Below, piece by piece: positions 10,850-22,082 of a stretch of 64,000 bases of DNA. A program made the position numbers and the translations under genes. Within the stretch, counting starts at the first letter, position 1. Each line of letters starts with the position of its first letter. The notes beneath the pieces were generated by a model that searched no databases, was not told where the DNA came from, and saw only the letters and a program-made list of their open reading frames with translations. This DNA is from an uncultured cyanobacterium (GTDB lineage Bacteria > Cyanobacteriota > Cyanobacteriia > Cyanobacteriales > CAWUOF01). The DNA lies in contig CAVUSO010000001.1 in assembly GCA_963744145.1 (NCBI GenBank), forward strand, positions 3,904,001 through 3,968,000, written 5' to 3'.

Positions 10850-12567
10850 CTATCCATTAGTCACATCTTTCTTAACAATCCTGAAACTATTACCTAGTAA
10901 CGGTTTCAGGATTCATGGCCGCAGGTGGAGTTGACTAATTGCACAGAATATGCAATTGAGAGCTGCGGGCGGACTAGGAGTGAGCTATACAGCAGTGGTC
11001 GCTCAGAAGAAAAGTCTTGATGAGTATAGTATAGAGAGGAAAAGAAGAAGTAAGGTGGAAGGAAAAAATGGAAAAGTGGGCAGAGCAAGAATTAGCCACA
11101 GTAGACTTGGGAGATGCGAGGAGAAACAAGCGATTAATTCGGTTGGTGGAAGATTTAGCCGCACAACCAACCAGCAGCGTCCCACAAGCTTGTGGCAATA
11201 GTGCAGCTACTAGTGCGGCTTATGACTTGTGGAAGTCGCCCTATTTTCAGCCATCAGATATCCGACAGGCACATACAGCCAGCACGATCGAAAGAATTAA
11301 AGCGCATCAGACAGTATTAGCAATACAAGATACCACAAATATCGATTTAACCAATCATCCTAGCACGAGAGGGATTGGTTATTTAGATCACCGAAAATCA
11401 GCCGGAATAAAAGTACATTCAACGCTAGCTGTAACCACTTCAGGAGTACCATTAGGGATAATTGAGCAACAGGTATGGACTAGAGAGCTGGCGAATTTGG
11501 GGATAGCCAAAAAACGGCGGGAAAGAGAAATTAAAGAAAAGGAAAGCCACCGCTGGTTGGCAGGATTAAAAGTTACAGAAAATTTAATCCCAAGTGATAT
11601 TCAAGTAGTAACCGTGGCGGATTCAGAAGCTGACATATTTGAGCTATTTAGCCAGCCTCGTGCCGCCAATTCCCATTTACTAATTCGCGGTACTCATAAT
11701 CGGAAAGTAGACCATTCTGCCCAATATTTACATCAAGCGATCCGTCAAACTCCCGCAGCAGGAGAATTAAGTATAGAAGTCAAAAGAAATCCGACACATC
11801 AAGCTAGAACTGCCGTTCTGACAGTACGATTCGCCACTTTAGAGATTCAAGTTCCAGCACACCATATCGGGCGAAAGCAACTCCAACCAGTCAAATTACA
11901 AGTAATTCTAGCATTAGAAGAAAACCCAGAACCCGGAGTTAAACCGATTAGTTGGTTGTTAATTACCAGTCTGGAAGTTAATGACTTAGCAGCGGCAGTC
12001 CAATGTGTAGAATGGTATACATACCGTTGGTTAATAGAACGCTATCATTACACTCTAAAAAGTGGGTGTGGAATTGAGAAATTACAACTAGAAACCGTGC
12101 GAAGAATCGAAATGGCCTTAGCGACTTATACGATTGTAAGTTGGCGTTTATTATGGCTTACATATTCGGCTAGAACGAATCCAATGGCATCGAGTGCTGA
12201 GGTTTTAGAAACTCATGAATGGCAATCTTTATGTGCGACTATTACTAAAAATCCTATCCCTCCAAAAACTCCACCTTCTTTACAAGAAGCCGTCCGTATG
12301 ATCGCGATGTTGGGGGGATTTTTAGGTCGAAAAGGTGATGGTGAACCGGGAGTAAAAACGATTTGGAGAGGATTAAGAAGATTACATGATATTGCAGCTA
12401 CCTGGAAATTATGTACTTAAATTGGCTGGTGTATAGTTATTACTCTCCAACTCGTTACCAGATCATATTCTGGATCATTTTGTCAAGTAGCTTAATTACT
12501 ATTAATCCTGAAACCGTTACGGGGTAATAGTTTCAGGATTGTTAAGAAAGATGTGACTAATGGATAG
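10850..12567 (+). mobile_element. IS4-family (IS50/Tn5-like) insertion sequence, complete
   Basis: 64-bp terminal IRs (10850-10913 and 12504-12567, 2 mismatches); 10-bp target duplication CCCTCCTAGG at 10840-10849 and 12568-12577. Confidence 0.95.
11068..12420 (+). CDS. IS4-family transposase
   Basis: WAEQEL..DLGDARR, IQDTT, VADSEAD, YREK-type WYTYRWLIERYHYTLKSG, C-terminal LGGFLGRKGDGEPG. Confidence 0.95.
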   Translation: MEKWAEQELATVDLGDARRNKRLIRLVEDLAAQPTSSVPQACGNSAATSAAYDLWKSPYFQPSDIRQAHTASTIERIKAHQTVLAIQDTTNIDLTNHPSTRGIGYLDHRKSAGIKVHSTLAVTTSGVPLGIIEQQVWTRELANLGIAKKRREREIKEKESHRWLAGLKVTENLIPSDIQVVTVADSEADIFELFSQPRAANSHLLIRGTHNRKVDHSAQYLHQAIRQTPAAGELSIEVKRNPTHQARTAVLTVRFATLEIQVPAHHIGRKQLQPVKLQVILALEENPEPGVKPISWLLITSLEVNDLAAAVQCVEWYTYRWLIERYHYTLKSGCGIEKLQLETVRRIEMALATYTIVSWRLLWLTYSARTNPMASSAEVLETHEWQSLCATITKNPIPPKTPPSLQEAVRMIAMLGGFLGRKGDGEPGVKTIWRGLRRLHDIAATWKLCT

Positions 12568-12629
12568 CCCTCCTAGGGAAGGGGGTTGGGAGGTTAGGTC
12601 TAATCACTGAGCAGAGTTTGAAACCGAAT

Positions 12630-13256
12630 CTATTCCTTAGAGCTTTCAACTTGACGAGATTCTAACCAAATTGGGATCGCAATCCACGCAACTACTATAA
12701 CCAAAGCAACTAGAGCAAATTTAGCAGCTAAATTAATTAATTGCTCTAAGGGGATAATTTGCCCAACAAAGAATGATAATGTTACCATGACTGTTGCCCA
12801 AGATACAGCTCCAGCCAAGTTATAAATGCTAAATTTGAGATAGGGCATTTCCACAATTCCTGCTAATGGACTAGCAAAAACTCGTAATAAAGCCAGAAAA
12901 CGACCAAGAAATACAGTTTTACCAGCGTTTTCACTGAATTGTGTCTTTAAACTCTCTAGTTTTTCTTCTTTAATGCGAAAAAAACTTCCTGCTGTTACTA
13001 GTAATTTCCATCCACCAGCTCTACCAATCCAATAACCAAAATTACCTCCTAGAACGGCTCCAGCGATCGCACAACCAAGTACAATCCAGTAATTTAGTTC
13101 TTTGCTCCCTGCTAAAAACCCACCCACGATGGTAATAGTTTCACCAGGTAGGGGTAACCCAAGATTCTCTAACATAATTCCCAAAAAAATTGCCCAATAG
13201 CCATATTGGTGGGCAATTTCCTGGATATTCTCCAGTGAAATGAATTCCAAAGACAT
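12630..13256 (-). CDS. DedA family membrane protein
   Basis: LENLGLPLPGE and GRFLALLR motifs. Confidence 0.92.
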   Translation of the reverse strand: MSLEFISLENIQEIAHQYGYWAIFLGIMLENLGLPLPGETITIVGGFLAGSKELNYWIVLGCAIAGAVLGGNFGYWIGRAGGWKLLVTAGSFFRIKEEKLESLKTQFSENAGKTVFLGRFLALLRVFASPLAGIVEMPYLKFSIYNLAGAVSWATVMVTLSFFVGQIIPLEQLINLAAKFALVALVIVVAWIAIPIWLESRQVESSKE

Positions 13257-13331
13257 TGCCGAGAACCTTTACAAAATTTAATTACTTCTTTCATCTTGCG
13301 GCGATCGAGAGCAAAATGTCAATCTGGTCAA

Positions 13332-14048
13332 TTAGGGAATTATCTGGAGATCCACCAAAGGTAATGCTTGTAAACAGTACCAATGACAGACAAATAAATT
13401 AGGCTGCTGGACACCAATGCTAGCGATCGCAGGAGGAGCAGGAAAAGGCCATAATCGGTCAAAATAGATCTGATCAGCTACACCAAACTGGAGCAAATAG
13501 GTGGCGGGTGGGGCATTTAGCGATCGCAACAATCGATAAGCTAATTTATATAAATCCTGACGAGTCGCATCGGATAAATGCCAGGGTTGAGTATACTTCC
13601 ATTCCGATGAGCCTAAATCCAGCTCTATTTGGGTCGGTAAACTTCCCTCTCCTAAAGCGATCGCTTCTCCATAGAGTGGACCTTTAGCTGTTAAGACCAC
13701 AGGTAACCAAAGCTGACCATTTCCGGTCTGGTATCCCATCTGCACTACTTTGGTGCGTAGACCGATCACATCTTGACAAGCTTGATAAATATCTTTTCCC
13801 TGAAAAGAGATATTTTCTGGCAAATTTAAGGTGAACGGGCAAATCAGCAAATTTTGGTCAGCACCCTGATGATTGGCACTTTTTTCTAAGCGATCGCGAG
13901 CTGTTTGGGGAGATAATACCGTTACTGAGGTAGATTCAGAGCCAGGACTATTAATAATTGCTGCTTGGAAAGCAGAGAGCATAGAACTTACCGTAGTAGA
14001 AAGTTCTGCCTGAGCTTCTACCACAATCCATAGATCAAGCATTACCAA
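13332..14048 (-). CDS. Conserved cyanobacterial hypothetical protein
   Basis: WLPVVLTAKGPLYGEAI and FDRLWPFPAPPAIAS blocks; overlaps the upstream gene's stop. Confidence 0.7.
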   Translation of the reverse strand: MVMLDLWIVVEAQAELSTTVSSMLSAFQAAIINSPGSESTSVTVLSPQTARDRLEKSANHQGADQNLLICPFTLNLPENISFQGKDIYQACQDVIGLRTKVVQMGYQTGNGQLWLPVVLTAKGPLYGEAIALGEGSLPTQIELDLGSSEWKYTQPWHLSDATRQDLYKLAYRLLRSLNAPPATYLLQFGVADQIYFDRLWPFPAPPAIASIGVQQPNLFVCHWYCLQALPLVDLQIIP

Positions 14049-14589
14049 AATTAGGTAAATTTAAAGAATCACCATCAGCTGCTGGGAAACTGGGCAAATC
14101 TAGTTTAGTAGCACGACGGTTTCTGATTGCTAATCGATAACTCACACTTTGTAATTCTGCATGAAGTTGACGATTTTCCCGTTGTAACATGGCTACTTTT
14201 TCTTTAACTGGCTCAATTCTTTCTGCAAACTTCTCGCGATAAACATTTGGTAGCTCTTGCACCGCTTGTTCTAACATCCGCGATCGCTCAGTTAATTCTT
14301 GCACAGATTGACGGAGTTGATAAATTTCCTGATCCCGTTCGGCAATCTGTTCTTGGTAAAATTTCACCTGTTGCTCGACTGCTTCTAGTTGTTCGCGCAA
14401 AGCTTTGAGCTGGGCTTCATAATTTTCACTATTTTCGGAATTAGGAATAAAAGTTGTATTACCCTTAACCAATCGAAACAGTTCTTGAGACAGTTGCTGG
14501 ACTAGCTGATCTCTTGTTTGTAACGCTTCCTGGAGACGAGAAACTTCTGCTTGCTGGGATTGTAGGCTAAAAGAATTGCTTGGATTCAC
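14035..14589 (-). CDS. Coiled-coil protein (Npun_F5560-like family)
   Basis: RDQLVQQLSQELFRLVKGN; heptad-rich; lies downstream of rpsF. Confidence 0.7.
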   Translation of the reverse strand: MNPSNSFSLQSQQAEVSRLQEALQTRDQLVQQLSQELFRLVKGNTTFIPNSENSENYEAQLKALREQLEAVEQQVKFYQEQIAERDQEIYQLRQSVQELTERSRMLEQAVQELPNVYREKFAERIEPVKEKVAMLQRENRQLHAELQSVSYRLAIRNRRATKLDLPSFPAADGDSLNLPNFGNA

Positions 14590-14680
14590 TTTGGCTCTCC
14601 TAACTTTCAGGGGATATAGGCGCTAATTTAACATTTTACTATAATGGGTAACAGCTAATTTGCTATTACCCATCATCAAT

Positions 14681-15013
14681 CTAAGCTTCTACTACCTCAG
14701 CTACTGGTTTAGCTTTAGGTATTTCTTGCTTCACCGTGAGATAACGAATCACTTCATCACTCAAGCGCATGGCCCGTTCTAAGATCGCGATCGCCCCACC
14801 ATTGCTGGTTTGATAGTTCATCTGAATATAAATACCGTCTCGCTGACGTTTAATTTCATAAGCGAGCCGTCTTTTACCGCGATGTTGGATTTCTATTTCT
14901 TCGACACCTTGCTCACGTAAGAGCGTTTGATATTTCTGGATTGCCTTATCTGCGGTTTCTTCTCCGAGATCAGGACGCAAAATGTACATCGTTTCGTAAA
15001 CGTAGTTCATCAA
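14681..15013 (-). CDS. rpsF: 30S ribosomal protein S6
   Basis: [19 protein letters not shown] and VIRYL motifs; AAGGAG Shine-Dalgarno upstream. Confidence 0.97.
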   Translation of the reverse strand: MMNYVYETMYILRPDLGEETADKAIQKYQTLLREQGVEEIEIQHRGKRRLAYEIKRQRDGIYIQMNYQTSNGGAIAILERAMRLSDEVIRYLTVKQEIPKAKPVAEVVEA

Positions 15014-15019
15014 TAAAAT

Positions 15020-15098
15020 CTCCTTTTGGACTAGACCGCTCAGTTGCTCTGGACAGTTGTCAAACTAACTCTGACCCATTGCTTGAGTAGCAAGGATT
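15020..15098 (-). promoter_or_regulatory. Putative rpsF leader (S6:S18-type autoregulatory RNA)
   Basis: On the minus strand, aatccttgc...ccaaaaggag can pair TCCTT with AAGGA, occluding the SD, as in known rpsF leaders. Not folded computationally. Confidence 0.4.
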
Positions 15099-15319
15099 TA
15101 CGGTAGATCTAACTTAGTCTTTAGTTTAACGCGATCAGAGGGGTAAACATTCATCACTCAAACTTCGACCCACAAGCAAAATCTTTGGTAAAATCGCAAA
15201 TGCCTGGTGAAAAACTGGCGATCGCTATCTTATAACAAAATGTTATTTTCGACTACTAGGAAACCTGGGTAACAATCGGATCTGATTTCTGACCCCAATC
15301 TCCCACATTTCACCCATTT

Positions 15320-16129
15320 ATGGCACAATTGAAGGCTATGGCACATCGCTACGTCCGCATTCAAACAGCCCAAGGACAGATTTATTATGGGTTTTTGCAA
15401 CTAAGTCGAGGAGTTCAAGTTTTTGATGCTCCCCCTTGGTTAAAAGGACAACCCACGGATCTCCAATTAGAACCTGATAGCTATCAACTCTTAGCTCCCT
15501 GTTCTCCTTCTAAAATTATCGCTGTTGGCAAAAATTATACTAATCACGCTGCCGAAATGGGGACACCTGTACCCACTGAACCACTGCTATTTCTCAAACC
15601 ACCCACATCAGTAATTGCGGTGGGAAGTCCAATTAAGTATCCACCCCAATCCCAACGAGTAGATTATGAAGGAGAACTCGCGATCGTGATTGGTGATCGT
15701 TGTACTGATTGTACTCCCGAACAAGCCCAAACCAAAATTTGGGGTTATACGATCGCTAATGATGTCACGGCTCGGGATTTACAACAGCGCGATGGACAAT
15801 GGACTAGAGGTAAAGGTTTTGATACATTTTGTCCTCTGGGTCCCTGGATTGTCCGTGAATTAAGTCCAGGAGCCCGTTTACAGACATTTTTAAATGATCA
15901 CTCTGAACCAGTGCAATCCGCAACTATTGAGGAAATGGTATTTGCACCAGATTTTTTAGTCTCCTATATTAGTCAGGTCATGACCTTATTACCAGGAGAT
16001 GTAATTTTAACCGGAACACCAGCAGGAATCGGACCAATGCAAATTGGCGATCGGGTGCGGGTAGAAATTGAGGGAATTGGTTCTTTAGATAATCCGGTTG
16101 TTGCTCGACAGGAGCCAATTAAAACTTAA
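15320..16129 (+). CDS. Fumarylacetoacetate hydrolase family protein
   Basis: KIIAVGKNY, VDYEGEL, NDVTARD, GKGFDTFCP and GDVILTGTP motifs. Confidence 0.93.
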   Translation: MAQLKAMAHRYVRIQTAQGQIYYGFLQLSRGVQVFDAPPWLKGQPTDLQLEPDSYQLLAPCSPSKIIAVGKNYTNHAAEMGTPVPTEPLLFLKPPTSVIAVGSPIKYPPQSQRVDYEGELAIVIGDRCTDCTPEQAQTKIWGYTIANDVTARDLQQRDGQWTRGKGFDTFCPLGPWIVRELSPGARLQTFLNDHSEPVQSATIEEMVFAPDFLVSYISQVMTLLPGDVILTGTPAGIGPMQIGDRVRVEIEGIGSLDNPVVARQEPIKT

Positions 16130-16136
16130 CTCTAAA

Positions 16137-16634
16137 TTAAGGTACTTGGGTATTAGCCGCATCGGAAATTGTGGGGATTGTAGCATAATTTCCTAATGCT
16201 GATTGAAAAATTGAATATCCGCAGGCTGCGACAATACCTAAAAATACCATATTAGAAAGTGTTTCCATGATTAATCCGCTAGTTCCAAAAACAGGAGTAA
16301 TTAGATATTGTGCAATTAAGCCGGCTATTGATACTACAATATCTAACAAAATAGCCTGCATTGTATTAAACCGAATAAAACGAGAAATATCCGGATTTCT
16401 GACAACTAAGAGTAACAAAGCTAATAAAATTAACAAATCTCCAAATCCGGCTAACAATGAGTTTAATTGTCCTATAATTAACACAAAAGGAGCTAAAGGT
16501 AAAAAAAGGATTTGGAGGATTGGTAACTGTTTAAACAAAAATATTCCGAATCCCAGCACAGATATTAAGGGAATTATGTAAGGTAAACAAGCAAAAACTC
16601 GATCTAAAACTGTAGTTGAGCGATTCCAACTCAT
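16137..16634 (-). CDS. Tic20 family membrane protein
   Basis: DRVFACLPY, FIRFNTMQAILLD and IPTISDA motifs. Confidence 0.88.
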   Translation of the reverse strand: MSWNRSTTVLDRVFACLPYIIPLISVLGFGIFLFKQLPILQILFLPLAPFVLIIGQLNSLLAGFGDLLILLALLLLVVRNPDISRFIRFNTMQAILLDIVVSIAGLIAQYLITPVFGTSGLIMETLSNMVFLGIVAACGYSIFQSALGNYATIPTISDAANTQVP

Positions 16635-16774
16635 AAGTAAGACTCCTGAGATTAGGGAAAATACATAACAATGGCAATCTGATCTCAGGATAGCGCAGAG
16701 ACGGGGCTATGATGAAATTTTTACCTAAATCTAATCAGTTAAGGATAACTAATACTTCAGAGCCGGATTTCTAA

Positions 16775-16972
16775 TTATTCAATATTAGCGATCCGGAAGC
16801 CCATCTGACACTGGTATTGTTCTGGTTGTTGGTTAACAGCTTTGGGAAGTGCTTGACCACAGCATAAATGGCCCTGACGCCAGCGAGGTTGACCACTATG
16901 ATCAGCCAGTAAACAAGTTTGACAAACTGTCTGAGGGGCAATAACTTGGTTTTCCATAATTACGACTAACAT
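16775..16972 (-). CDS. Small conserved Cys-rich cyanobacterial protein
   Basis: VCQTCLLAD..GQPRW..G.LC and YQCQMGFRIA; four spaced Cys. Confidence 0.7.
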   Translation of the reverse strand: MLVVIMENQVIAPQTVCQTCLLADHSGQPRWRQGHLCCGQALPKAVNQQPEQYQCQMGFRIANIE

Positions 16973-17308
16973 TTTCTACCTCCAATTACTTGGCCTATCC
17001 CCTTTATTTCTATTTTAGTTACCGATTTACAAAAAGAAAGAAAATTAACATTTAGCTTAATGATATCTGCTCGAAAAATCAGTAGCTTATGGCTCAAAAC
17101 TACCAAACCATTACAGAATTTAGGCACTTTGAGATCATCAACCCAGCTCGATCCAGACAAGCGAGTTAGTTATGGCCACAATTCAATTCAGGAAAAACAG
17201 AGTTAAAATCATTTATTCAGGACAAGCTGGCCAAAAAAGTCTGCTGGTTCGATCAAGCAGTTAATCTGAGCAATATCTGACTCAAATATTTTTACCGAGG
17301 TGTGGTTG

Positions 17309-18592
17309 ATGAATAAAACTAACTTGGACTTCCTCATTAATAATGATCCAGCGATCGCAGAGTTAATCGGACAGGAACTCAAACGTCAACGGGATCACAT
17401 TGAACTAATTGCCAGCGAAAACTTTACCTCAGCAGCAGTTCTAGCTGCTCAAGGATCAGTTTTAACGAATAAGTATGCCGAAGGATTGCCCGGTAAACGC
17501 TACTATGGTGGCTGTCAATATATAGATGAAATTGAACAGTTAGCGATCGATCGAGCTAAAGAACTATTTGGGGCTGCCCATGCTAACGTCCAACCCCATT
17601 CGGGAGCCCAAGCTAATTTTGCGGTTTTTCTTACCCTGCTCGCACCAGGAGATACCATCATGGGGATGGATTTATCCCACGGTGGACATCTGACCCATGG
17701 TTCACCAGTAAATGTTTCGGGCAAGTGGTTTAAAGTTTGTCATTATGGTGTTAGTCCAGAAACCGAACAACTTGACTATGACTTAATTAGAGACTTAGCC
17801 AAGCAGCACCGACCGAAATTGTTAATTTGCGGTTATTCCGCTTATCCTCGTGTGATTGCATTTGATAAATTTCGGGCGATCGCTGATGAAGTTGGAGCCT
17901 ATTTACTTGCAGATATCGCTCATATTGCTGGATTAGTAGTCACCGGACATCACCCCAATCCGATCGCCTATTGTGATGTAGTCACTACAACTACCCATAA
18001 AACCTTGCGTGGACCGCGAGGTGGCTTAATTATGACTTGTGATGCTGAACTAGGAAAAAAAATCGACAAAGCGGTTTTTCCTGGTACTCAAGGTGGGCCA
18101 CTTGAACATGTCATTGCTGGAAAAGCGGTAGCATTTGGAGAAGCACTGAAGCCAGAATTTAAAACTTATTCTGCCCAAGTGATTGAAAATGCCCGTGCTT
18201 TAGCAGATCAGTTACAAAAAAGAGGTTTTAAGATCGTTTCTGGGGGTACAGATAATCACTTAATGTTGGTTGATTTGCGATCGATCAAGATGACGGGCAA
18301 ACGAGGCGATTTACTGTTGGGTGAAGTTAAGATCACCGCGAATAAAAATACAGTTCCCTTTGATCCAGAATCGCCCTTTGTCACTAGTGGTATACGCTTA
18401 GGTACACCAGCGATGACAACTCGCGGCATGGGAATTGCTGAGTTTATGGAAATTGGTGATATTATTGCCGATCGACTACTCCATCCGGAAGATGAAGCGA
18501 TCGCCCAAAATTGTCGTCTGCGAGTAGCCAAACTTTGCGATCGCTTTCCGCTTTATCCACATCTGGGCAGTTCTCTACCAGCTTTTGCTTAA
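17309..18592 (+). CDS. glyA: Serine hydroxymethyltransferase
   Basis: LIASENF, NKYAEG, GGHLTHG and [13 protein letters not shown] (PLP lysine). Confidence 0.98.
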   Translation: MNKTNLDFLINNDPAIAELIGQELKRQRDHIELIASENFTSAAVLAAQGSVLTNKYAEGLPGKRYYGGCQYIDEIEQLAIDRAKELFGAAHANVQPHSGAQANFAVFLTLLAPGDTIMGMDLSHGGHLTHGSPVNVSGKWFKVCHYGVSPETEQLDYDLIRDLAKQHRPKLLICGYSAYPRVIAFDKFRAIADEVGAYLLADIAHIAGLVVTGHHPNPIAYCDVVTTTTHKTLRGPRGGLIMTCDAELGKKIDKAVFPGTQGGPLEHVIAGKAVAFGEALKPEFKTYSAQVIENARALADQLQKRGFKIVSGGTDNHLMLVDLRSIKMTGKRGDLLLGEVKITANKNTVPFDPESPFVTSGIRLGTPAMTTRGMGIAEFMEIGDIIADRLLHPEDEAIAQNCRLRVAKLCDRFPLYPHLGSSLPAFA

Positions 18593-18708
18593 AAAAACTG
18601 GGGACTGGGTTTTTGGGCCAATCGGCTCAAGACCAATAACTAATTCCCACCCCAGATTTAGATTTCTTGGCGGAGAACCGTCTGAAATGTAGTAAAAGTA
18701 GGTAGACT

Positions 18709-19812
18709 TTGCTTGACCTTGCTTTAAGTTCGCACCCTACATCCTTTCAGATGTTTTACCCACAGATGTACCATCTGGTTGCCTTTTTCGTCTCCGCAGG
18801 AGTTGTCCTCTGGAGTACCCCCATCGTTAAAAAAATCGGCCTCAAAAGTGGACGCGTGGATCTTCCCGGTGGACGAAAGGTTCACCAACAGCCTATGGTG
18901 CGCCTGGGAGGTGTGTCTATTTTTGCCGGCACTTTAATTGCGCTGTTGCTAGTTTGGGCGTTGGGCGGGTTTCTGGATGCTAGTGGCCATCCCCTGGGTC
19001 CGGATAAAGAATATGAAGTCTGGGGCGTTACTATTGGTGGTATTGCCTTTTTTCTGATTGGTTTAGCAGATGACCTCTTTAGTCTTTCGGCTACCACCAG
19101 ATTAATTATGCAGGCAATTGTGGCCAGTATTGCCTGGAAAGTTGGTGTTCAAATCGATTTCTTGAGTATTCCTTTGGCTGGTTTGGTGACTTTACCAGAC
19201 TGGATTGGAATGCCCATCACTGTCATTTGGTTAGTCGGGATGGCTAATGCGATTAACTGGATTGATGGTTTAGATGGGTTAGCCGCAGGAGTATCGGGGA
19301 TCGCTGCGGTAGTCATGCTGATTGTGAGCTTGTTTATGCACCAACCCTCCGCAGCTCTAATTGCCGCAGCAATGGCGGGAGGTGCTTTAGGATTTCTGCG
19401 CTATAACTTTAATCCAGCTCAGATATTTATGGGTGATGGTGGTGCTTATTTTATGGGGTTTACTTTAGCTGGAGTTGGTGTGATTGGTTTAGTCAAAACC
19501 ACCGCAGTGACTTCCGTTTTATTACCCTATTTAATTTTAGCTGTGCCGATCGTCGATATGTCAGCAGTGATTTTAGCTCGTCTACGTCACGGTAAGTCTC
19601 CGTTTATTTCTGATAAACGTCACTTACATCACCGATTATTAGAAGCAGGACTTTCTCATCGATTGACAGTTTTGTTTATTTATTCTTTAACTCTGTGGGT
19701 TGGTAGTTTAGCACTAGCTTTTGCAGGTATTCCCAGCGGATTAGCTTATGCAATGGGGGCAACTTTGTTATTAAGTTACACTAGTTGGAAAGTGAAAAAA
19801 CACGCTCGTTAG
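18709..19812 (+). CDS. MraY/WecA-family undecaprenyl-phosphate GlcNAc-1-P transferase
   Basis: GLADD, NWIDGLDGL, FMGDGG and HLHHRL motifs; multi-TM. Confidence 0.9.
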   Translation: MLDLALSSHPTSFQMFYPQMYHLVAFFVSAGVVLWSTPIVKKIGLKSGRVDLPGGRKVHQQPMVRLGGVSIFAGTLIALLLVWALGGFLDASGHPLGPDKEYEVWGVTIGGIAFFLIGLADDLFSLSATTRLIMQAIVASIAWKVGVQIDFLSIPLAGLVTLPDWIGMPITVIWLVGMANAINWIDGLDGLAAGVSGIAAVVMLIVSLFMHQPSAALIAAAMAGGALGFLRYNFNPAQIFMGDGGAYFMGFTLAGVGVIGLVKTTAVTSVLLPYLILAVPIVDMSAVILARLRHGKSPFISDKRHLHHRLLEAGLSHRLTVLFIYSLTLWVGSLALAFAGIPSGLAYAMGATLLLSYTSWKVKKHAR

Positions 19813-19823
19813 GTTAAAATAAA

Positions 19824-20663
19824 ATGCAACATCAGGTAGAAATAAATGAATATAAACAACAAATAGCCGATATGTATACGCGTCGGAGTGCTACTTATGA
19901 TCAGTCAGATTGGCACCATTCGATCGCTCATCGTCTAGTTGAATATGCTCAAGTTCAACCGCAACAGCAGCTATTAGATATTGCAACAGGAACAGGAATA
20001 GTCGCGATCGCAGCAGCTCAAATTATCGGAAATGAAGGTAAAGTGATCGGGATAGATATATCTCAGGGAATGCTAGAACAAGCTCAACAAAAAGTTGACA
20101 AATTAGGATTAACTAATATTGAATTTCACTTTGCTGATGCTGAAAATTTACCTTTTCCCGAAAACAGCTTTGACTGTATTTTATGTTCCTCTGCTTTTAT
20201 TTGGATGTTTGATTTAGTGGGGGTATTAAAACACTGGTATAGATTTCTGAAACCAGGTGGTTTACTAGGATTTCATGCTTTTGCTGAAACTTCTTTTGTG
20301 AGTGGAACAGTAGCACAAAATATCTTCAAAAAATATGGAATATCTTTGCTATTGAATCAACCAACAGGGACAATAGAAAAATGTCATAATTTACTTCAAA
20401 CTGCTGGATATAGCCAAATTGAAATTAAAACCGAGCAAGAAGGTACTTATCAGAAGTTAGAAAACGTCAAAGATATGTGGTGTGCTAACACAAATTCTTA
20501 TCCATTCCCTGGACAATTTCCCAATCCATTATTACAGATGACACCAGAACAGTTAGCACAAGCAAAAATAGAATTTGATGCTCAAGTAGATCAGTTGGAA
20601 ACCGAACAGGGAGTTTGGAATGATGTGACTATTTTTTATGTATTTGCCCGGAAAAATATCTAA
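19824..20663 (+). CDS. Class I SAM-dependent methyltransferase
   Basis: LLDIATGTG, GIDIS, ADAENLPF and LKPGG motifs. Confidence 0.9.
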   Translation: MQHQVEINEYKQQIADMYTRRSATYDQSDWHHSIAHRLVEYAQVQPQQQLLDIATGTGIVAIAAAQIIGNEGKVIGIDISQGMLEQAQQKVDKLGLTNIEFHFADAENLPFPENSFDCILCSSAFIWMFDLVGVLKHWYRFLKPGGLLGFHAFAETSFVSGTVAQNIFKKYGISLLLNQPTGTIEKCHNLLQTAGYSQIEIKTEQEGTYQKLENVKDMWCANTNSYPFPGQFPNPLLQMTPEQLAQAKIEFDAQVDQLETEQGVWNDVTIFYVFARKNI

Positions 20664-20674
20664 TTATTAGTATC

Positions 20675-21949
20675 TTACCACTCTTGCAAGGCGATCGCAA
20701 TCCCCCTGCTTAAATTTGCTGGCAAATTTTCAGTCTTGAGTAAATCTTGCAATTGCTGATATGCTAAGGAAACATCAATTTTTTTCAAAGCTGCGATCGT
20801 GTGTAATCTGACCCGAGCATCTGATGCTCCCAATAACTCAATTAATGATTCTATTCCTCTGGGATCTCCCAACTGTCCTAATCCTAACGCGATCGCTAGC
20901 TGGATCTTGACATCTGGAAGGAGAATAGATCCTGAATTGATAAAATTTAGCAAAATATCGACTATTTTTGGTTGTAAATCTGGTTCGGTCACTCTTCCTA
21001 AAACCGCAATTATTTCCTCACATAAGTTAGGATCTAAAGCAATATCTAAAAATAAAGCTTTTTCTAAATACTCAATTGCTGTTGTTGTTCCCATCCAACC
21101 TAATGTACGGATAGTATCGATTCGTAAAGAATCCGGGGTAGAAGTTGCGATTAATACGTCAAATAATTCTGTAACACTGGAATTTGTTCCGAATCTTCCC
21201 AGTGCGATCGCAGCTTGTTGACAAACTTCTAAATTTAGGTCTTTTAATAACGGTGCAATCTGATTCACTAAATCTAATTCTAATAATAAGTCTTTTCTGA
21301 CACTTAAACCAATAATAGCTTCTTTTCTCACTATTGCCGCAGGATCTTTTAATGCTTCTAATAATCTGGGGGGAATCCGCTGATCTGGAAAACTAGATAG
21401 AGCTTCAATTGCAGTTGCTCGAACTAAATGATGTTGATCTTTAATAATTGTTAATAAGGGTTCAATCGTTTCTGGATGACGAATATGTGCGATCGCTTGG
21501 GTAGCAATTAATCGAGTATCTTCAGATTTTAAGAAATTAACTAGAGGAGAAAGAGCAGTGATCCCAAAATTGGTTAATGTCGTACCTACCATCGTCGCTA
21601 ACTCTTCATTATCATTATTTTTTAACACCTCTACTAAAGCGGTAATTACTGCTGGATCACCAAAGTCCCCTAAAATCCGTACAGCAAACCAACGAGTATC
21701 TAAATCTGCATCTTGATTTTGTAAAACTTCAATTAATGGTGCGATCGCTGTTTTTCCTAAACTCCGAAATATTTTGGCAATTTCCCATTTTTCTTGAAAT
21801 TCTCCTGACTCCAATACTTCCAATGCTAATTTTAAGACTGATGCTAAATCTACCTCGGTGGTCGCGATCGCTTCATCACTGAAATCAAAATGGGACCCGG
21901 AATATTCTTCTGCTTTTTCAAAAAAATTTGACATGATTATCTTTCCCAT
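20675..21949 (-). CDS. nirB: HEAT/PBS-lyase repeat protein, probable NirB
   Basis: Tandem HEAT repeats (VRATAIEAL, VRKEAIIGL, VCQQAAIALG); divergent from nirA, as nirB is in other cyanobacteria. The symbol rests on context. Confidence 0.65.
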   Translation of the reverse strand: MGKIIMSNFFEKAEEYSGSHFDFSDEAIATTEVDLASVLKLALEVLESGEFQEKWEIAKIFRSLGKTAIAPLIEVLQNQDADLDTRWFAVRILGDFGDPAVITALVEVLKNNDNEELATMVGTTLTNFGITALSPLVNFLKSEDTRLIATQAIAHIRHPETIEPLLTIIKDQHHLVRATAIEALSSFPDQRIPPRLLEALKDPAAIVRKEAIIGLSVRKDLLLELDLVNQIAPLLKDLNLEVCQQAAIALGRFGTNSSVTELFDVLIATSTPDSLRIDTIRTLGWMGTTTAIEYLEKALFLDIALDPNLCEEIIAVLGRVTEPDLQPKIVDILLNFINSGSILLPDVKIQLAIALGLGQLGDPRGIESLIELLGASDARVRLHTIAALKKIDVSLAYQQLQDLLKTENLPANLSRGIAIALQEW

Positions 21950-22030
21950 TACCCTATTTTTCGCTTTTAGATTAATTCTACTTATTTATTAACCAAGTTT
22001 AACTCATCTTCCCATCATCATACCTTGATT

Positions 22031-22045
22031 ATGCACAAACTGCAT
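22031..22045 (+). promoter_or_regulatory. Putative NtcB (LysR) binding site
   Basis: ATGCACAAACTGCAT fits TGCA-N5-TGCA / AT-N11-AT, upstream of the NtcA box. Confidence 0.7.
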
Positions 22046-22082
22046 CTTTTCTATGCGTTAATATCATTGCTTGAAATTTTTG

